A stretch of DNA of 64,000 nucleotides, from positions 329,646 to 393,645 of the forward strand of contig JBNOKO010000001.1 of NCBI GenBank assembly GCA_050311575.1, in the 5' to 3' direction. Below the pieces are notes generated by a model. The model saw nothing but the letters and a program-made list of their open reading frames with translations, was not told where the DNA came from and did no database searches. The DNA comes from Candidatus Krakonobacterium acarorum. GTDB taxonomy: Bacteria > Bacteroidota > Bacteroidia > SolTP2. Shown here piece by piece: positions 29,701-38,103 of the stretch (position 1 is the first letter of the stretch; each line of letters begins with the position of its first letter). Both the position numbers and the translations under genes were made by a program.

Positions 29701-30025
29701 TTAAGTTACCAGACAGGTCTATCTTGCTGATAGATTCTATTAAGCTGTTTTGATCATTAATGTTTATTGTTAAAGCTTTTGATTCAGGGAAGGCATTTCT
29801 ATAGTTTCTATAAGCATTAGTGCAAGTAATCTCGTCTAAAAATATGCAGAATATATTGGAGCCTGTAAATTCTTTTAATGCATCGATAACAAATATTTTC
29901 GATGTTGATACAAGGTTTAAAAGATTTAGTTTCGGGTATTTTTTTAATTCCAAATTATTTTTCCGGAATACTTCAACATATTTGTTTTTAATATTTTCTG
30001 TAGCTTCTAACATGTAAAGATGCAA
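26774..30025 (-). CDS. mfd: Transcription-repair coupling factor
   Basis: HIDHGIG, DRLVCGDVGFGKTE, IIDEEQKFGV, TATPIPRTL, QMRGRVGRS, RGAGNILGAEQSG. Confidence 0.97.
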   Translation of the reverse strand: MHLYMLEATENIKNKYVEVFRKNNLELKKYPKLNLLNLVSTSKIFVIDALKEFTGSNIFCIFLDEITCTNAYRNYRNAFPESKALTININDQNSLIESISKIDLSGNLTIFTYAEALIKQYVSKNLLESQLTTINISSKGTDNINYNSLIKLLTDQNFKKVDFVYSHGEYAVRGNIIDIFSYAEKNPCRVVFQSNNIKYLKIFNPSDQLSNKDVDYFRIIPYIEDKGTDNLINFIKPGDLIVIDKPHLLNEKLQEISDKNNYINIYKLKPENAIISINHNYSQADKIINFKTNRSNIFNRNYPLLLEELNKNNSLGIENYIFAKKNQLNPQYFADILKESGTSEQDIHKNLFKFANTELSNGFIDHDLKISCYSYNEIFGKKQPTVTNKIAKPKASIKHIFDEIKQGDYISHIDHGIGKLAGIEKIVTGDKTQECLRIVYADSDLLYLNVNSLNKISKYNSKSDSEVKLSKLGSLSWDKLKTNTKNKIKDIGRELISLYAQRKIQRGYSFQPDSYLQYKMESAFQYEDTPDQEKTNIEIKRDMEATYPMDRLVCGDVGFGKTELAIRAAYKSFLNHKQVAVLVPTTLLTSQHTNTFNKRLKPFGVKIDHLNRFKKPTEIKKTLEDLENGNTNIIIGTHRLLSKDIKFQDLGLLIIDEEQKFGVSAKEKIKNIKLNVDTLTLTATPIPRTLKYSLMGARDISTLNTPPPNRQPVETKICTLASDDLKEAIKYEISRNGQTFIVHNRIKDIEKLAQYIQDIVPDARIALGHGQMDGDKLEQIIYKFINKEYDILISTTIIESGIDIANANTIIINNAHMFGLSDLHQMRGRVGRSNTRSYCYLVIPGIASLTHEAKERIFTLEELSDLGDGFKIAMRDLDIRGAGNILGAEQSGFIADMGLDTYNKILNEAIAELKQEEFKDVFKDQVGDIEYITLPKVDVEEETLIPNSYIANDQERYNIYMRVSRVQNDNDLIKLQNELIDRFGPIPESTQSLFTLIKIQNLAKFLGIEKLTLKKNRLTLRFIANKNSMFYDSAIFQNIISYTINNPDISAMSESNKGLSLSIQNIQSLSESLEILNNIKNTK

Positions 30026-30072
30026 CTCATTTTAAAATGTGTAAAAGTACAATTTTTTAGAGAATATTATGT

Positions 30073-31428
30073 TTATTTATTTTTTTGTTGCTTCTTCTTC
30101 TTGGCCTTCTTATGTTTAATAGGTTTAGTTGGTTTCTTTTTGATGAATGTTTTTTTGTTAGAACTAACAGGCGCATGATAGGTGTTAAATAATTGCAGTT
30201 TTGTAAATACTGTATATAAAAACGATTTGTTGTATACTATATGGGATCGTTTGTTTAGTAGCATTATGACTATAAATTCGTTTTGTTTGTCGAAATAGAA
30301 TAAAGCGTTATAACCCTTCCACCATCCTGTATGGAATATCCCTTTGGTATTGTTATGCCCATCAGTTAAAAGTCTAAATCCATATCCGTAATTAAAAGCG
30401 GTAGTTTTTTCTGGACTATGTACTTTGAAGGCTTCATTTAGGGTCTCTTCTTTTAAAAGACAATTAGTTTGCAACGCCTGGTACCATTTATATAGATCGT
30501 CAGTTGTAGTATATATACCTTTGTCGCCAATTATATTATCAAAAAAGTCAGTGTCTATTCGGCGAAATCCTTCATGTCCGTATGTTGAGTTGGTTAATTT
30601 TTCGTAGCTATTGGGGGGCAGGACAGTGCTATGCATTTCCAATGGGGCTAATATATTTTTTTGTAGATACTCCTCATAGCTATTTTTACTTATCGTTTCT
30701 ATGATACTGCCTAAAATCATATAATTAGAGTTGTTATAACTGAATTTTTTATCTGGTAAGTAATAACGTTTTGGTTTTTGTTCTATAAACCATTGTAATA
30801 TTTCTTTATTTGTTGGTCGCTGCAATCCATTTTTAGCTTTATCTGCAAAAGCATATATATAGTTGGGGATACCGCTTCTGTGCGATAGGAGCATTCTTAT
30901 AGTTACACCATCGTAAGGAAATCCTGGAATATATTTTTGGATTGTATCATCTAAATCCAGTAGTCCTTGCTCATAAAGTTTCAGTATGGCTACAGCAGTA
31001 AAAGTTTTACTTAAAGAAGCAATTTGAAATTGTGATTTTTCGTTAAGAGGGTCTTTATTATTTAGCGAGGAGTATCCAAATGTTTGCCTATATAATATAA
31101 TTTTTTTTTGAGCAATAAGAACGTTGCCGTTTATGATTCCCTTTTTGTACAGTTGAGAAAATATAGTGTCTAAGGCCTGTTGTTTTTTCTCAAAATTAAT
31201 TTTCTGTTGTGTTAGTTCTTCTTGTATATCCGTTATGATAAACTTAGGTGTTATGCATTGTTTGTATAGAGATAAATTTGCGTTTTTACTAAGTTTATTC
31301 TTAGTGCCATTATTTTGCTTGTATAAAGAGTGGGGTATGCTAATATAAATTATAAGTATAGGAAGTAAGGATATTATTATAGCCCCAATATAGTATAATA
31401 AGTTTTTGTTCTTTTTAATAAAAGACAT
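30073..31428 (-). CDS. Membrane-anchored serine hydrolase, beta-lactamase / class C PBP-like family
   Basis: N-terminal TM helix; ASLSK (SxxK), LLSHRSG, YNN (YxN), HTGWW; Lys-rich tail. Confidence 0.88.
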   Translation of the reverse strand: MSFIKKNKNLLYYIGAIIISLLPILIIYISIPHSLYKQNNGTKNKLSKNANLSLYKQCITPKFIITDIQEELTQQKINFEKKQQALDTIFSQLYKKGIINGNVLIAQKKIILYRQTFGYSSLNNKDPLNEKSQFQIASLSKTFTAVAILKLYEQGLLDLDDTIQKYIPGFPYDGVTIRMLLSHRSGIPNYIYAFADKAKNGLQRPTNKEILQWFIEQKPKRYYLPDKKFSYNNSNYMILGSIIETISKNSYEEYLQKNILAPLEMHSTVLPPNSYEKLTNSTYGHEGFRRIDTDFFDNIIGDKGIYTTTDDLYKWYQALQTNCLLKEETLNEAFKVHSPEKTTAFNYGYGFRLLTDGHNNTKGIFHTGWWKGYNALFYFDKQNEFIVIMLLNKRSHIVYNKSFLYTVFTKLQLFNTYHAPVSSNKKTFIKKKPTKPIKHKKAKKKKQQKNK

Positions 31429-31462
31429 ATGTTATATTGATTAATGGTTTAATTGTAGCTAG

Positions 31463-32053
31463 CTACTTATAATTAGTAGCCATCCTGGTTATATATTTGC
31501 CTATTATATCGAACTCTAAGTTTACTGTGTCTCCAATTTTTAAACTATGCAGATTTGTATTTTCTAATGTATACGGAATTATGGATATGGAAAAACTTTT
31601 ATCAGTTACATTTATAGTTGTTAAGCTAATACCATTTAATGCAACTGAACCTTTTTCGATCAATAAATGGTAAAACTTTGGATTGTAGCTAAAGGTAAAT
31701 ATATGGCTACCACTAAGAGCTTCTATATTTGTACATGTAGCTATATCGTCAACGTGACCTTGAACAATATGGCCATCCAGTCTGCTTGTAGGCATTATAG
31801 CTCTCTCTAAATTTATAAGATGAGTTTTTTTTATACTTTTTAGATTTGTTTTATTTAGCGTTTCAGCAGCAGCAATTACTTTATGCGTATGTGCATTGTT
31901 TTCTACTACTGTTAAACATATACCATTGTGAGCAATGCTATCCCCGGATTTTAATTCATTAGCTATAGAAGATGATATTGTTATTAATAAATTGTCATTT
32001 TTATAGCTTGTATTTTCAACTATCCCTATAATTTCTATTATTCCACTAAACAT
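31463..32053 (-). CDS. ribE: Riboflavin synthase (alpha chain)
   Basis: MFSGIIE, NGICLTV, INLERA, RLDGHIVQGHVD, KGSVALNGISLT, IPYTLENT, VNLEFD. Confidence 0.95.
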   Translation of the reverse strand: MFSGIIEIIGIVENTSYKNDNLLITISSSIANELKSGDSIAHNGICLTVVENNAHTHKVIAAAETLNKTNLKSIKKTHLINLERAIMPTSRLDGHIVQGHVDDIATCTNIEALSGSHIFTFSYNPKFYHLLIEKGSVALNGISLTTINVTDKSFSISIIPYTLENTNLHSLKIGDTVNLEFDIIGKYITRMATNYK

Positions 32054-32231
32054 TTCAGATTAAATTATTGATGGTAACTATTAACTGTAACTACTTATAA
32101 ATATCTATATTCTGAAATATTTATGCAACCTAAATATAAATATATCCGTATTAGTTAATATAAACTTAACTATAAGTAAATAAATTAAACCAATTAAACA
32201 GAAAACTAATATAATAAAAAGAATAAAGATT

Positions 32232-32534
32232 ATGTGTCATCATTCAGGTCGTCACCTATTTTGTATAGGTCTTGGTGTATTAATAGGTGTATTAATAGCT
32301 CCACAAAAAGGTAAAATCACTAGACGTGATTTAGCAACTAAATTTGAAGATTTGGTTGATACTATAAAAGATAAAACTAATGAAACTATAAATGATGCTG
32401 AACGTAAAGTAAAACGCATCGCAAGGAAAACCAGCACTAAAGCTAGAAAAGCAACAAGATCTACAGCAGATGCAGTTAAGAGGATAACAAAGCAAACAAA
32501 TGTAAGCGCAAGAGCTTGTATGTATAAAAAATAA
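32232..32534 (+). CDS. YtxH-domain protein
   Basis: Gly-rich TM segment followed by LIAPQKGKITR, the YtxH signature. Confidence 0.8.
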   Translation: MCHHSGRHLFCIGLGVLIGVLIAPQKGKITRRDLATKFEDLVDTIKDKTNETINDAERKVKRIARKTSTKARKATRSTADAVKRITKQTNVSARACMYKK

Positions 32535-32564
32535 TAAGTAGTAGTTTAATGTAGATTTTTCATG

Positions 32565-32613
32565 GTTTCAGGCATCTTTAAAAGGGTTACCTTTTGGTGC
32601 CTGAAACTTTTTT
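32565..32613 (+). terminator. Intrinsic terminator between the convergent ytxH-like gene and the hypothetical gene
   Basis: GTTTCAGGCA (32565-32574) / TGCCTGAAAC (32598-32607) stem followed by a run of T. Confidence 0.75.
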
Positions 32614-33625
32614 ATTGGTACTGTATGTAGATAGGTATTGGTGATAGTTCCAGAAGTTCTTCCGGCCCCATTAATCTATTTGGAGCTAGTTTCAAGTCGT
32701 TTTTATAAAATATTTTGAAACCAGCAAACTGTACAGGCTCTTTATATACAGCCATAAGATATGTATATTTTTTTTGCTTAGGAGAACCCCACCCGTCCAT
32801 ATGCAATACAAACTGAACTTCCCTCGTAAGATTAATATTTTGATAGCTCTTTAACATTGCAACTCTAAATCTGTGAATAACAAGAATTTTAGGTGGTAGA
32901 TTTTTAGTCTTAACTATGTTAGATAGATAATTAATAGCATAATTAATTTCTTTAGCGGTTATGTTGCCTATCGCTTTGCCAGGAGGTAAAGAACCTTTCA
33001 TAAAAAATTCCGGATCTATGCCTAGATGCACATTAGGTAAAGATAAATACTTCTCTAGCCTTGGAATTTCATTTTCTAATGTGCTGAACCCCGGCTGTAT
33101 GTCTAAAAAAACTAATGCGTTTATTTGTTGAGCCAGATCTATAACTGTCTCAATTTGTTTGTCCGGCATACGTTTTATGTATAGATTGTCGTTGGCAGGT
33201 GTTGCCGACGCAACTATAGTTACATAATGTAAAGCTGGAATAACCGGAGTAGATGGATCGGCAACCTCCCAAGCTTTAACAGTTTTTTTTAGCTGATTTA
33301 GCATCAAACTACTAGGGCGTGTTCCTAAAACACCCATTTGTGGCGTGTATAGATTGCCATAATATGCTACTATACGATTAAATGGTAGTATGGCACCTTT
33401 TAAGGGGTAGGGCCCTTGCACCGGCCATACGTAATTAGAATCATTTTTAGATAATTTTATTAATAGGTCGTCATATAAATTTGTATCGACTGTGTCTTTA
33501 TAAGTCCCTAAATTTTTCTTTATCCAATCCGGAGCTTCGGTTATTTGTACTTCTTGGGACAAAGATGGGTGATTATAAATTATTATTATAAATAGTAATA
33601 TGGTAAATTTGAGTAAATTTTTCAT
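32612..33625 (-). CDS. Conserved secreted hypothetical protein
   Basis: Sec signal peptide; RIVAYYGN, FLDIQPG, HLGIDPEF, LVIHRF, HMDGWG, GFKIFYKND motifs that I recall from an uncharacterised Bacteroidota/Actinomycetota family. Confidence 0.7.
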   Translation of the reverse strand: MKNLLKFTILLFIIIIYNHPSLSQEVQITEAPDWIKKNLGTYKDTVDTNLYDDLLIKLSKNDSNYVWPVQGPYPLKGAILPFNRIVAYYGNLYTPQMGVLGTRPSSLMLNQLKKTVKAWEVADPSTPVIPALHYVTIVASATPANDNLYIKRMPDKQIETVIDLAQQINALVFLDIQPGFSTLENEIPRLEKYLSLPNVHLGIDPEFFMKGSLPPGKAIGNITAKEINYAINYLSNIVKTKNLPPKILVIHRFRVAMLKSYQNINLTREVQFVLHMDGWGSPKQKKYTYLMAVYKEPVQFAGFKIFYKNDLKLAPNRLMGPEELLELSPIPIYIQYQ

Positions 33626-33739
33626 TATTATAAGAAAATATATTTCTGTAGCTCCGTATTAGTTTTAATAATGTATTTATTTTAATGTTAAAAATACAAA
33701 ACCTCATTTAAAGCTACTAAACTAATAATATAAAAACTA

Positions 33740-34807
33740 ATGATAAGTAAAGAACAAATTATAGGCGCATTATCAAAAGTCTATGATCCTGATTTAAAAA
33801 AAGATCTGGTAAGCCTTAATATGATAGATAATATTCAGGTTAATGGAAATAAAATATCATTTACAGTATTGCTTACTACTCCGGCATGTCCGCTAAAGCA
33901 ATATATAAAGAGCAAATGTGAAAAGGCGATAAAAGAACTTGATCCAAATGTAGATGTAGAAGTTACAATGAGCTCGCGTGTATCTGGCATGCAAAAAACA
34001 GATCTGGCTAATATAAAAAATATAATATTGGTATCATCTGGTAAAGGAGGGGTAGGTAAATCAACCGTTGCAGCTAATATAGCTGTTGGCTTAGCCAATA
34101 TACAGGGCCTCCGCGTTGCATTGCTGGATGCAGATATATATGGGCCTTCTATACCAATAATGTTCGGCAAGCAAAATACACAAGCACATGCTATAAAGAC
34201 AGTTGACGGTAAAAATAGAATAGAGCCTATAGAAAGCTACGGTATAAAAATGCTATCGATGGGTTTTTTTGTACAAAGCCAGCAAGCTGTACCTTGGCGC
34301 GGTCCTATGGTATCTTCAGCTATTAAGCAATTTATATATGATACCGATTGGGGCGAAATAGATTATTTAATAATTGATATGCCACCTGGCACGGGAGATA
34401 TACATTTAACTATCGCGCAGCAGGTACCCATATCCGGGGCTATTATTGTTACTACACCGCAAAATATTGCTTCTAGTGATGCTAGAAAAGGCCTTACCAT
34501 GTTTCTTATGAAAAATATAGAGGTTAACATTTTGGGTGTTGTCGAAAATATGTCTTATTTTATAGATAATAGCGGCCATAGGCACAATATATTTGGTACC
34601 AACAATGGAGGAGAGGCTTTAGCTAAAGAATTTCAGGTTCCATTTTTGGGACAAATACCGATATTCAGCGATATAAACAAAGCTTGTGACGAAGGTAGGC
34701 CTATAAGCTTAGAAAAGGATCATGACGCAGCTAAAATCTTTGAAGATATCGCTTCAAAGATTGCATGTTCAGTATCAGTAATAAATACTAATGCAAAAAT
34801 GTGTTAG
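33740..34807 (+). CDS. mrp: Mrp/NBP35 (ApbC) Fe-S cluster carrier ATPase with N-terminal DUF59/FeS-assembly domain
   Basis: DPDLKKDLV...TTPACP, GKGGVGKS, DADIYGPS, WRGPM, DMPPGTGD, VTTPQ, VENMS. Confidence 0.93.
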   Translation: MISKEQIIGALSKVYDPDLKKDLVSLNMIDNIQVNGNKISFTVLLTTPACPLKQYIKSKCEKAIKELDPNVDVEVTMSSRVSGMQKTDLANIKNIILVSSGKGGVGKSTVAANIAVGLANIQGLRVALLDADIYGPSIPIMFGKQNTQAHAIKTVDGKNRIEPIESYGIKMLSMGFFVQSQQAVPWRGPMVSSAIKQFIYDTDWGEIDYLIIDMPPGTGDIHLTIAQQVPISGAIIVTTPQNIASSDARKGLTMFLMKNIEVNILGVVENMSYFIDNSGHRHNIFGTNNGGEALAKEFQVPFLGQIPIFSDINKACDEGRPISLEKDHDAAKIFEDIASKIACSVSVINTNAKMC

Positions 34808-34824
34808 TTTTACTATTTTTAATT

Positions 34825-35055
34825 ATGAATAATATTTTAAAATCTCGCATTGAAGAGGCTCTTAGTGAATTAAGGCCTCATTTACAAGCTGATGGAGGGG
34901 ATATAGAAGTTATTGATATCGATCCTAACGGTGTTGTTACATTGCGTTTTCTAGGTTCGTGTCAAAGCTGTCCTATTAGTTTTATAACAACAGAAAGTAT
35001 AGAGGATACCATAAGGCGAGCTGCCCCTGAAATTTCGTCTGTAATGATTACATAA
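34825..35055 (+). CDS. NifU-C / NfuA-like Fe-S scaffold (single domain)
   Basis: LRPHLQADGGDIE, FLGSCQSCPIS; ATG at 34825 preferred over the track start 34801. Confidence 0.88.
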   Translation: MNNILKSRIEEALSELRPHLQADGGDIEVIDIDPNGVVTLRFLGSCQSCPISFITTESIEDTIRRAAPEISSVMIT

Positions 35056-35064
35056 TTAGAATCT

Positions 35065-37158
35065 TTAATTATGTAAATTTTTATTGTTTAGGCTAACAAA
35101 ATCAATAAGTATTTTAATGCCTTCTTCTTTAAGAAAGTCGTATTCAAGTTTAGGACGTTTTTCCCCTTTTTTAACAGGTTTTAAGTTAAGTAACTTCCGC
35201 CTTTTATTGTATTGGTTAAGATTTTCAAATGCTTCTTTTTCATTTTCTTTCTGAAGCTCTTTTTCATTTAATACTATTTCTTTGCGATCCCTGGCTTTTT
35301 TAAGTTTGTTTATAGTCTCTTTTAAGAAATTGTATTCTTCAGATTTAACCATTCTATCGTTATGCAACTGAATCAGCCTGGTTATACTATCTGATAAATT
35401 TGGAAATTGAGTGTATAAGGTAGGAGAGATGCTATTGTAAGGCAAAGCATTTTTATTTGCATTTTCGCCGAATAATGTATCCGGGTATTTGCTGGGAAAT
35501 TCAATATCTGGTATAACACCTTTGGATTGCGTGCTTGCGCCGTTTACTCTATAGAATTGCGCTATTGTTATATTTAATTGCCCAAAATTTTTATTTTTTT
35601 CTCCGAGAATATCATCAGCTACATTCAAAATAGTTTGTACTGTTCCCTTACCGTAGGTTTGGCCACCTACTATTATGCCCCTATTATAATCCTGGATAGC
35701 ACCAGCAAAAATTTCTGAAGCAGATGCACTAAATCTATTGGTTAATACCAGTAAAGGTCCTTTGTAGATTGGTTGTTTAACATCTGAGTCCCCGCTCTGT
35801 ATCTTATGACTAGATTCTTTGATTTGTACTACCGGCCCCTGACCTACAAAAAGTCCGGTTAAGTTTATAGCTTCTGGCAAAGAGCCACCACCATTATTAC
35901 GTAAATCAACTATAAGGCCTTGTATATTTTGCTTTTTAAGTTTTTCTATTTCTTTTTTTACGTCGTTTGAACTGCTATTATAATTTTTATCCCCTTTGTT
36001 CATTGCTTCCCAGTCGATGTAGAAGCTGGGCACTATAATTATACCGATTTTGTAGCTTTTATTGTTGTAATTAGTTTCTATAAGTTTAGATGATACTTTT
36101 TGTTCTTCAACTACTATTTTGTCTCTTATAATGGTTACTTCTTTAGCAGCTGTTGTTGATGATGACCCATTGGGCAGAACACGCAGTTTCACTACAGTTC
36201 CTTTTTTACCCCTTATTTTCTGAACTACTTCGTCTACAAACAGGCCTCTTATGTCTTCGAATTCACCGTTTTGTCCCTGAGCAACTGCAATGATTCTATC
36301 GCCTGATTCTAATTGTTTGGATTTATATGCCGGGCCACCTTTTATTACCTCCTCTATCTTGGTGTATTCGTCCTCTGTACGCAGCGTGGCACCTATCCCT
36401 TCCAGACTTTTAGACATGTCTATTTTGAATTGATCGGCGCTTTTTGCTGATAAGTATGAAGTATGGGGTTCTACAGTTTCTGCGAATGAATTCATATATA
36501 TTTCGAATACATCGTCGCTTTTTCTAGCTAATAAATATCTTCTGATGTTATCGTAGCGTTTTTTTACAGTATTTATTGCTTTTTTAGTGTCTGTCTTGTC
36601 AAGCAGCTTTTGAGTTATTATATCATAAGTTAGCTTTTTATGCCAATACTCTTTGTTTTGGTTAATGTTTGCCATCCAATTAGCATCTTTTCTATTAATT
36701 TCTAATGTTTCATTGGTTAATAAATTAAACTTGCTGGTGCTTAGCTCGTTATCAATAAAGTCGAGAACCTGGATATACCTTGTAAGGAATAAATTATATA
36801 TGCTATAGGCAGCCTGTAAATTACCGTTTTTTAGGTCATCATCCAATTTGTATTTATGTTTGTTAAAGCTATCGATGTCTTGTTTTATAAAGATTACTTT
36901 GGATGGATCTAGATTAGTTAAGTAAGTATCTAAGATTAGTGCAGATAATTGATCATCAAGTTTGACTTTTTTAAAGTCGTAGTGTAAAATTACATTAGTA
37001 ATAGCCCTGCAGGTTAACCAATGGTAAGACTGCGGTTTTAAATCGTATTTGTCGTGCGCAACATTGATATTAGCGTTAGGGTCGGTTTTGGCGTTGCATG
37101 CGGTTACAAAACTAGTTAGTATAACTAGTAATATGGATATGATATGTTTCCTTAACAT
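35065..37158 (-). CDS. prc: Carboxy-terminal processing (tail-specific) protease
   Basis: LDPSK, EPHTSY, LEGIGA, PDZ domain, DLRNNGGGSL, SASASEIFAG (Ser), GKGTVQ (Lys). Confidence 0.93.
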   Translation of the reverse strand: MLRKHIISILLVILTSFVTACNAKTDPNANINVAHDKYDLKPQSYHWLTCRAITNVILHYDFKKVKLDDQLSALILDTYLTNLDPSKVIFIKQDIDSFNKHKYKLDDDLKNGNLQAAYSIYNLFLTRYIQVLDFIDNELSTSKFNLLTNETLEINRKDANWMANINQNKEYWHKKLTYDIITQKLLDKTDTKKAINTVKKRYDNIRRYLLARKSDDVFEIYMNSFAETVEPHTSYLSAKSADQFKIDMSKSLEGIGATLRTEDEYTKIEEVIKGGPAYKSKQLESGDRIIAVAQGQNGEFEDIRGLFVDEVVQKIRGKKGTVVKLRVLPNGSSSTTAAKEVTIIRDKIVVEEQKVSSKLIETNYNNKSYKIGIIIVPSFYIDWEAMNKGDKNYNSSSNDVKKEIEKLKKQNIQGLIVDLRNNGGGSLPEAINLTGLFVGQGPVVQIKESSHKIQSGDSDVKQPIYKGPLLVLTNRFSASASEIFAGAIQDYNRGIIVGGQTYGKGTVQTILNVADDILGEKNKNFGQLNITIAQFYRVNGASTQSKGVIPDIEFPSKYPDTLFGENANKNALPYNSISPTLYTQFPNLSDSITRLIQLHNDRMVKSEEYNFLKETINKLKKARDRKEIVLNEKELQKENEKEAFENLNQYNKRRKLLNLKPVKKGEKRPKLEYDFLKEEGIKILIDFVSLNNKNLHN

Positions 37159-37218
37159 TGTTCTGAAATTTTCTATGATATATAATTATGTGTATGTAGT
37201 GATGCAATGGTGATTTGT

Positions 37219-38103
37219 TTAAATGTGTTTGATAGCTTTGGATATTTCAGAACCTAATTCTTTTGATGCTTCAACAAGGGGTAACCTTAACCACCTATGA
37301 CAAATACCAAGTAATTCTAATACAAACTTTATACCTGAAGGGTTACCTTCTTTAAATATTAAATTTATTATGTTGAGTAATTTGTAATGTTCTTTGCGTG
37401 CTGCATCCATATTCAAACCCTGCGCGCCCAAAACTATATTAGCCATTTCGTTAGGGTATGCATTGGCTATTACTGAAATAACACCATCAGCGCCAAGCGT
37501 GACTTGGGGGAACACTAAATTATCATCTCCGGATATAAATAAGAAGTCTTTAGGCTTATTTGCAAGTAATTCCATTGTTTGCTGAATGTTGCCAGATGCT
37601 TCTTTAACACCTAATATGTTAGGGTGTTCTGCAAGTTGCAATATTGTCTGTACTTCCATGTTAGAAGAAGTTCTGCCAGGTACATTATAAAGTATTATAG
37701 GTACTTCAGAAGCATCTGCTATTTGTTTAAAGTGCTCTATTATACCTTTTTGGGAGGGTTTGTTATAGTATGGGCTAACCGATAAAATGGCATCCACCCC
37801 TTTTATTTTTGATACTTCTTTTGCTTTGGCAGATACTTCATGGGTGTTATTGCCTCCTACCCCGATAACGATTCCCTTAATACCATTATTTTCTTGCATA
37901 ATGATATCTATTATTGAATGTTTTTCGTCTTGGTTAAGAGTAGCTGCTTCGGATGTTGTACCTAAAATGGTTAAATATTTAATGTTGCTTGAAATTAGTG
38001 TTTGGCTGAGTTTTTTTAAAGCATCGATATCGACAGATTTGTCGGATTTAAATGGAGTTATCATTGCAACTCCAACACCTTTTAAGGTAGATATATTACT
38101 CAT
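37219..38103 (-). CDS. dapA: 4-hydroxy-tetrahydrodipicolinate synthase
   Basis: GTTSE, PYYNKPSQ, ILYNVPGRT, GVKEASG, SGDD, EGNPSG. Confidence 0.95.
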   Translation of the reverse strand: MSNISTLKGVGVAMITPFKSDKSVDIDALKKLSQTLISSNIKYLTILGTTSEAATLNQDEKHSIIDIIMQENNGIKGIVIGVGGNNTHEVSAKAKEVSKIKGVDAILSVSPYYNKPSQKGIIEHFKQIADASEVPIILYNVPGRTSSNMEVQTILQLAEHPNILGVKEASGNIQQTMELLANKPKDFLFISGDDNLVFPQVTLGADGVISVIANAYPNEMANIVLGAQGLNMDAARKEHYKLLNIINLIFKEGNPSGIKFVLELLGICHRWLRLPLVEASKELGSEISKAIKHI

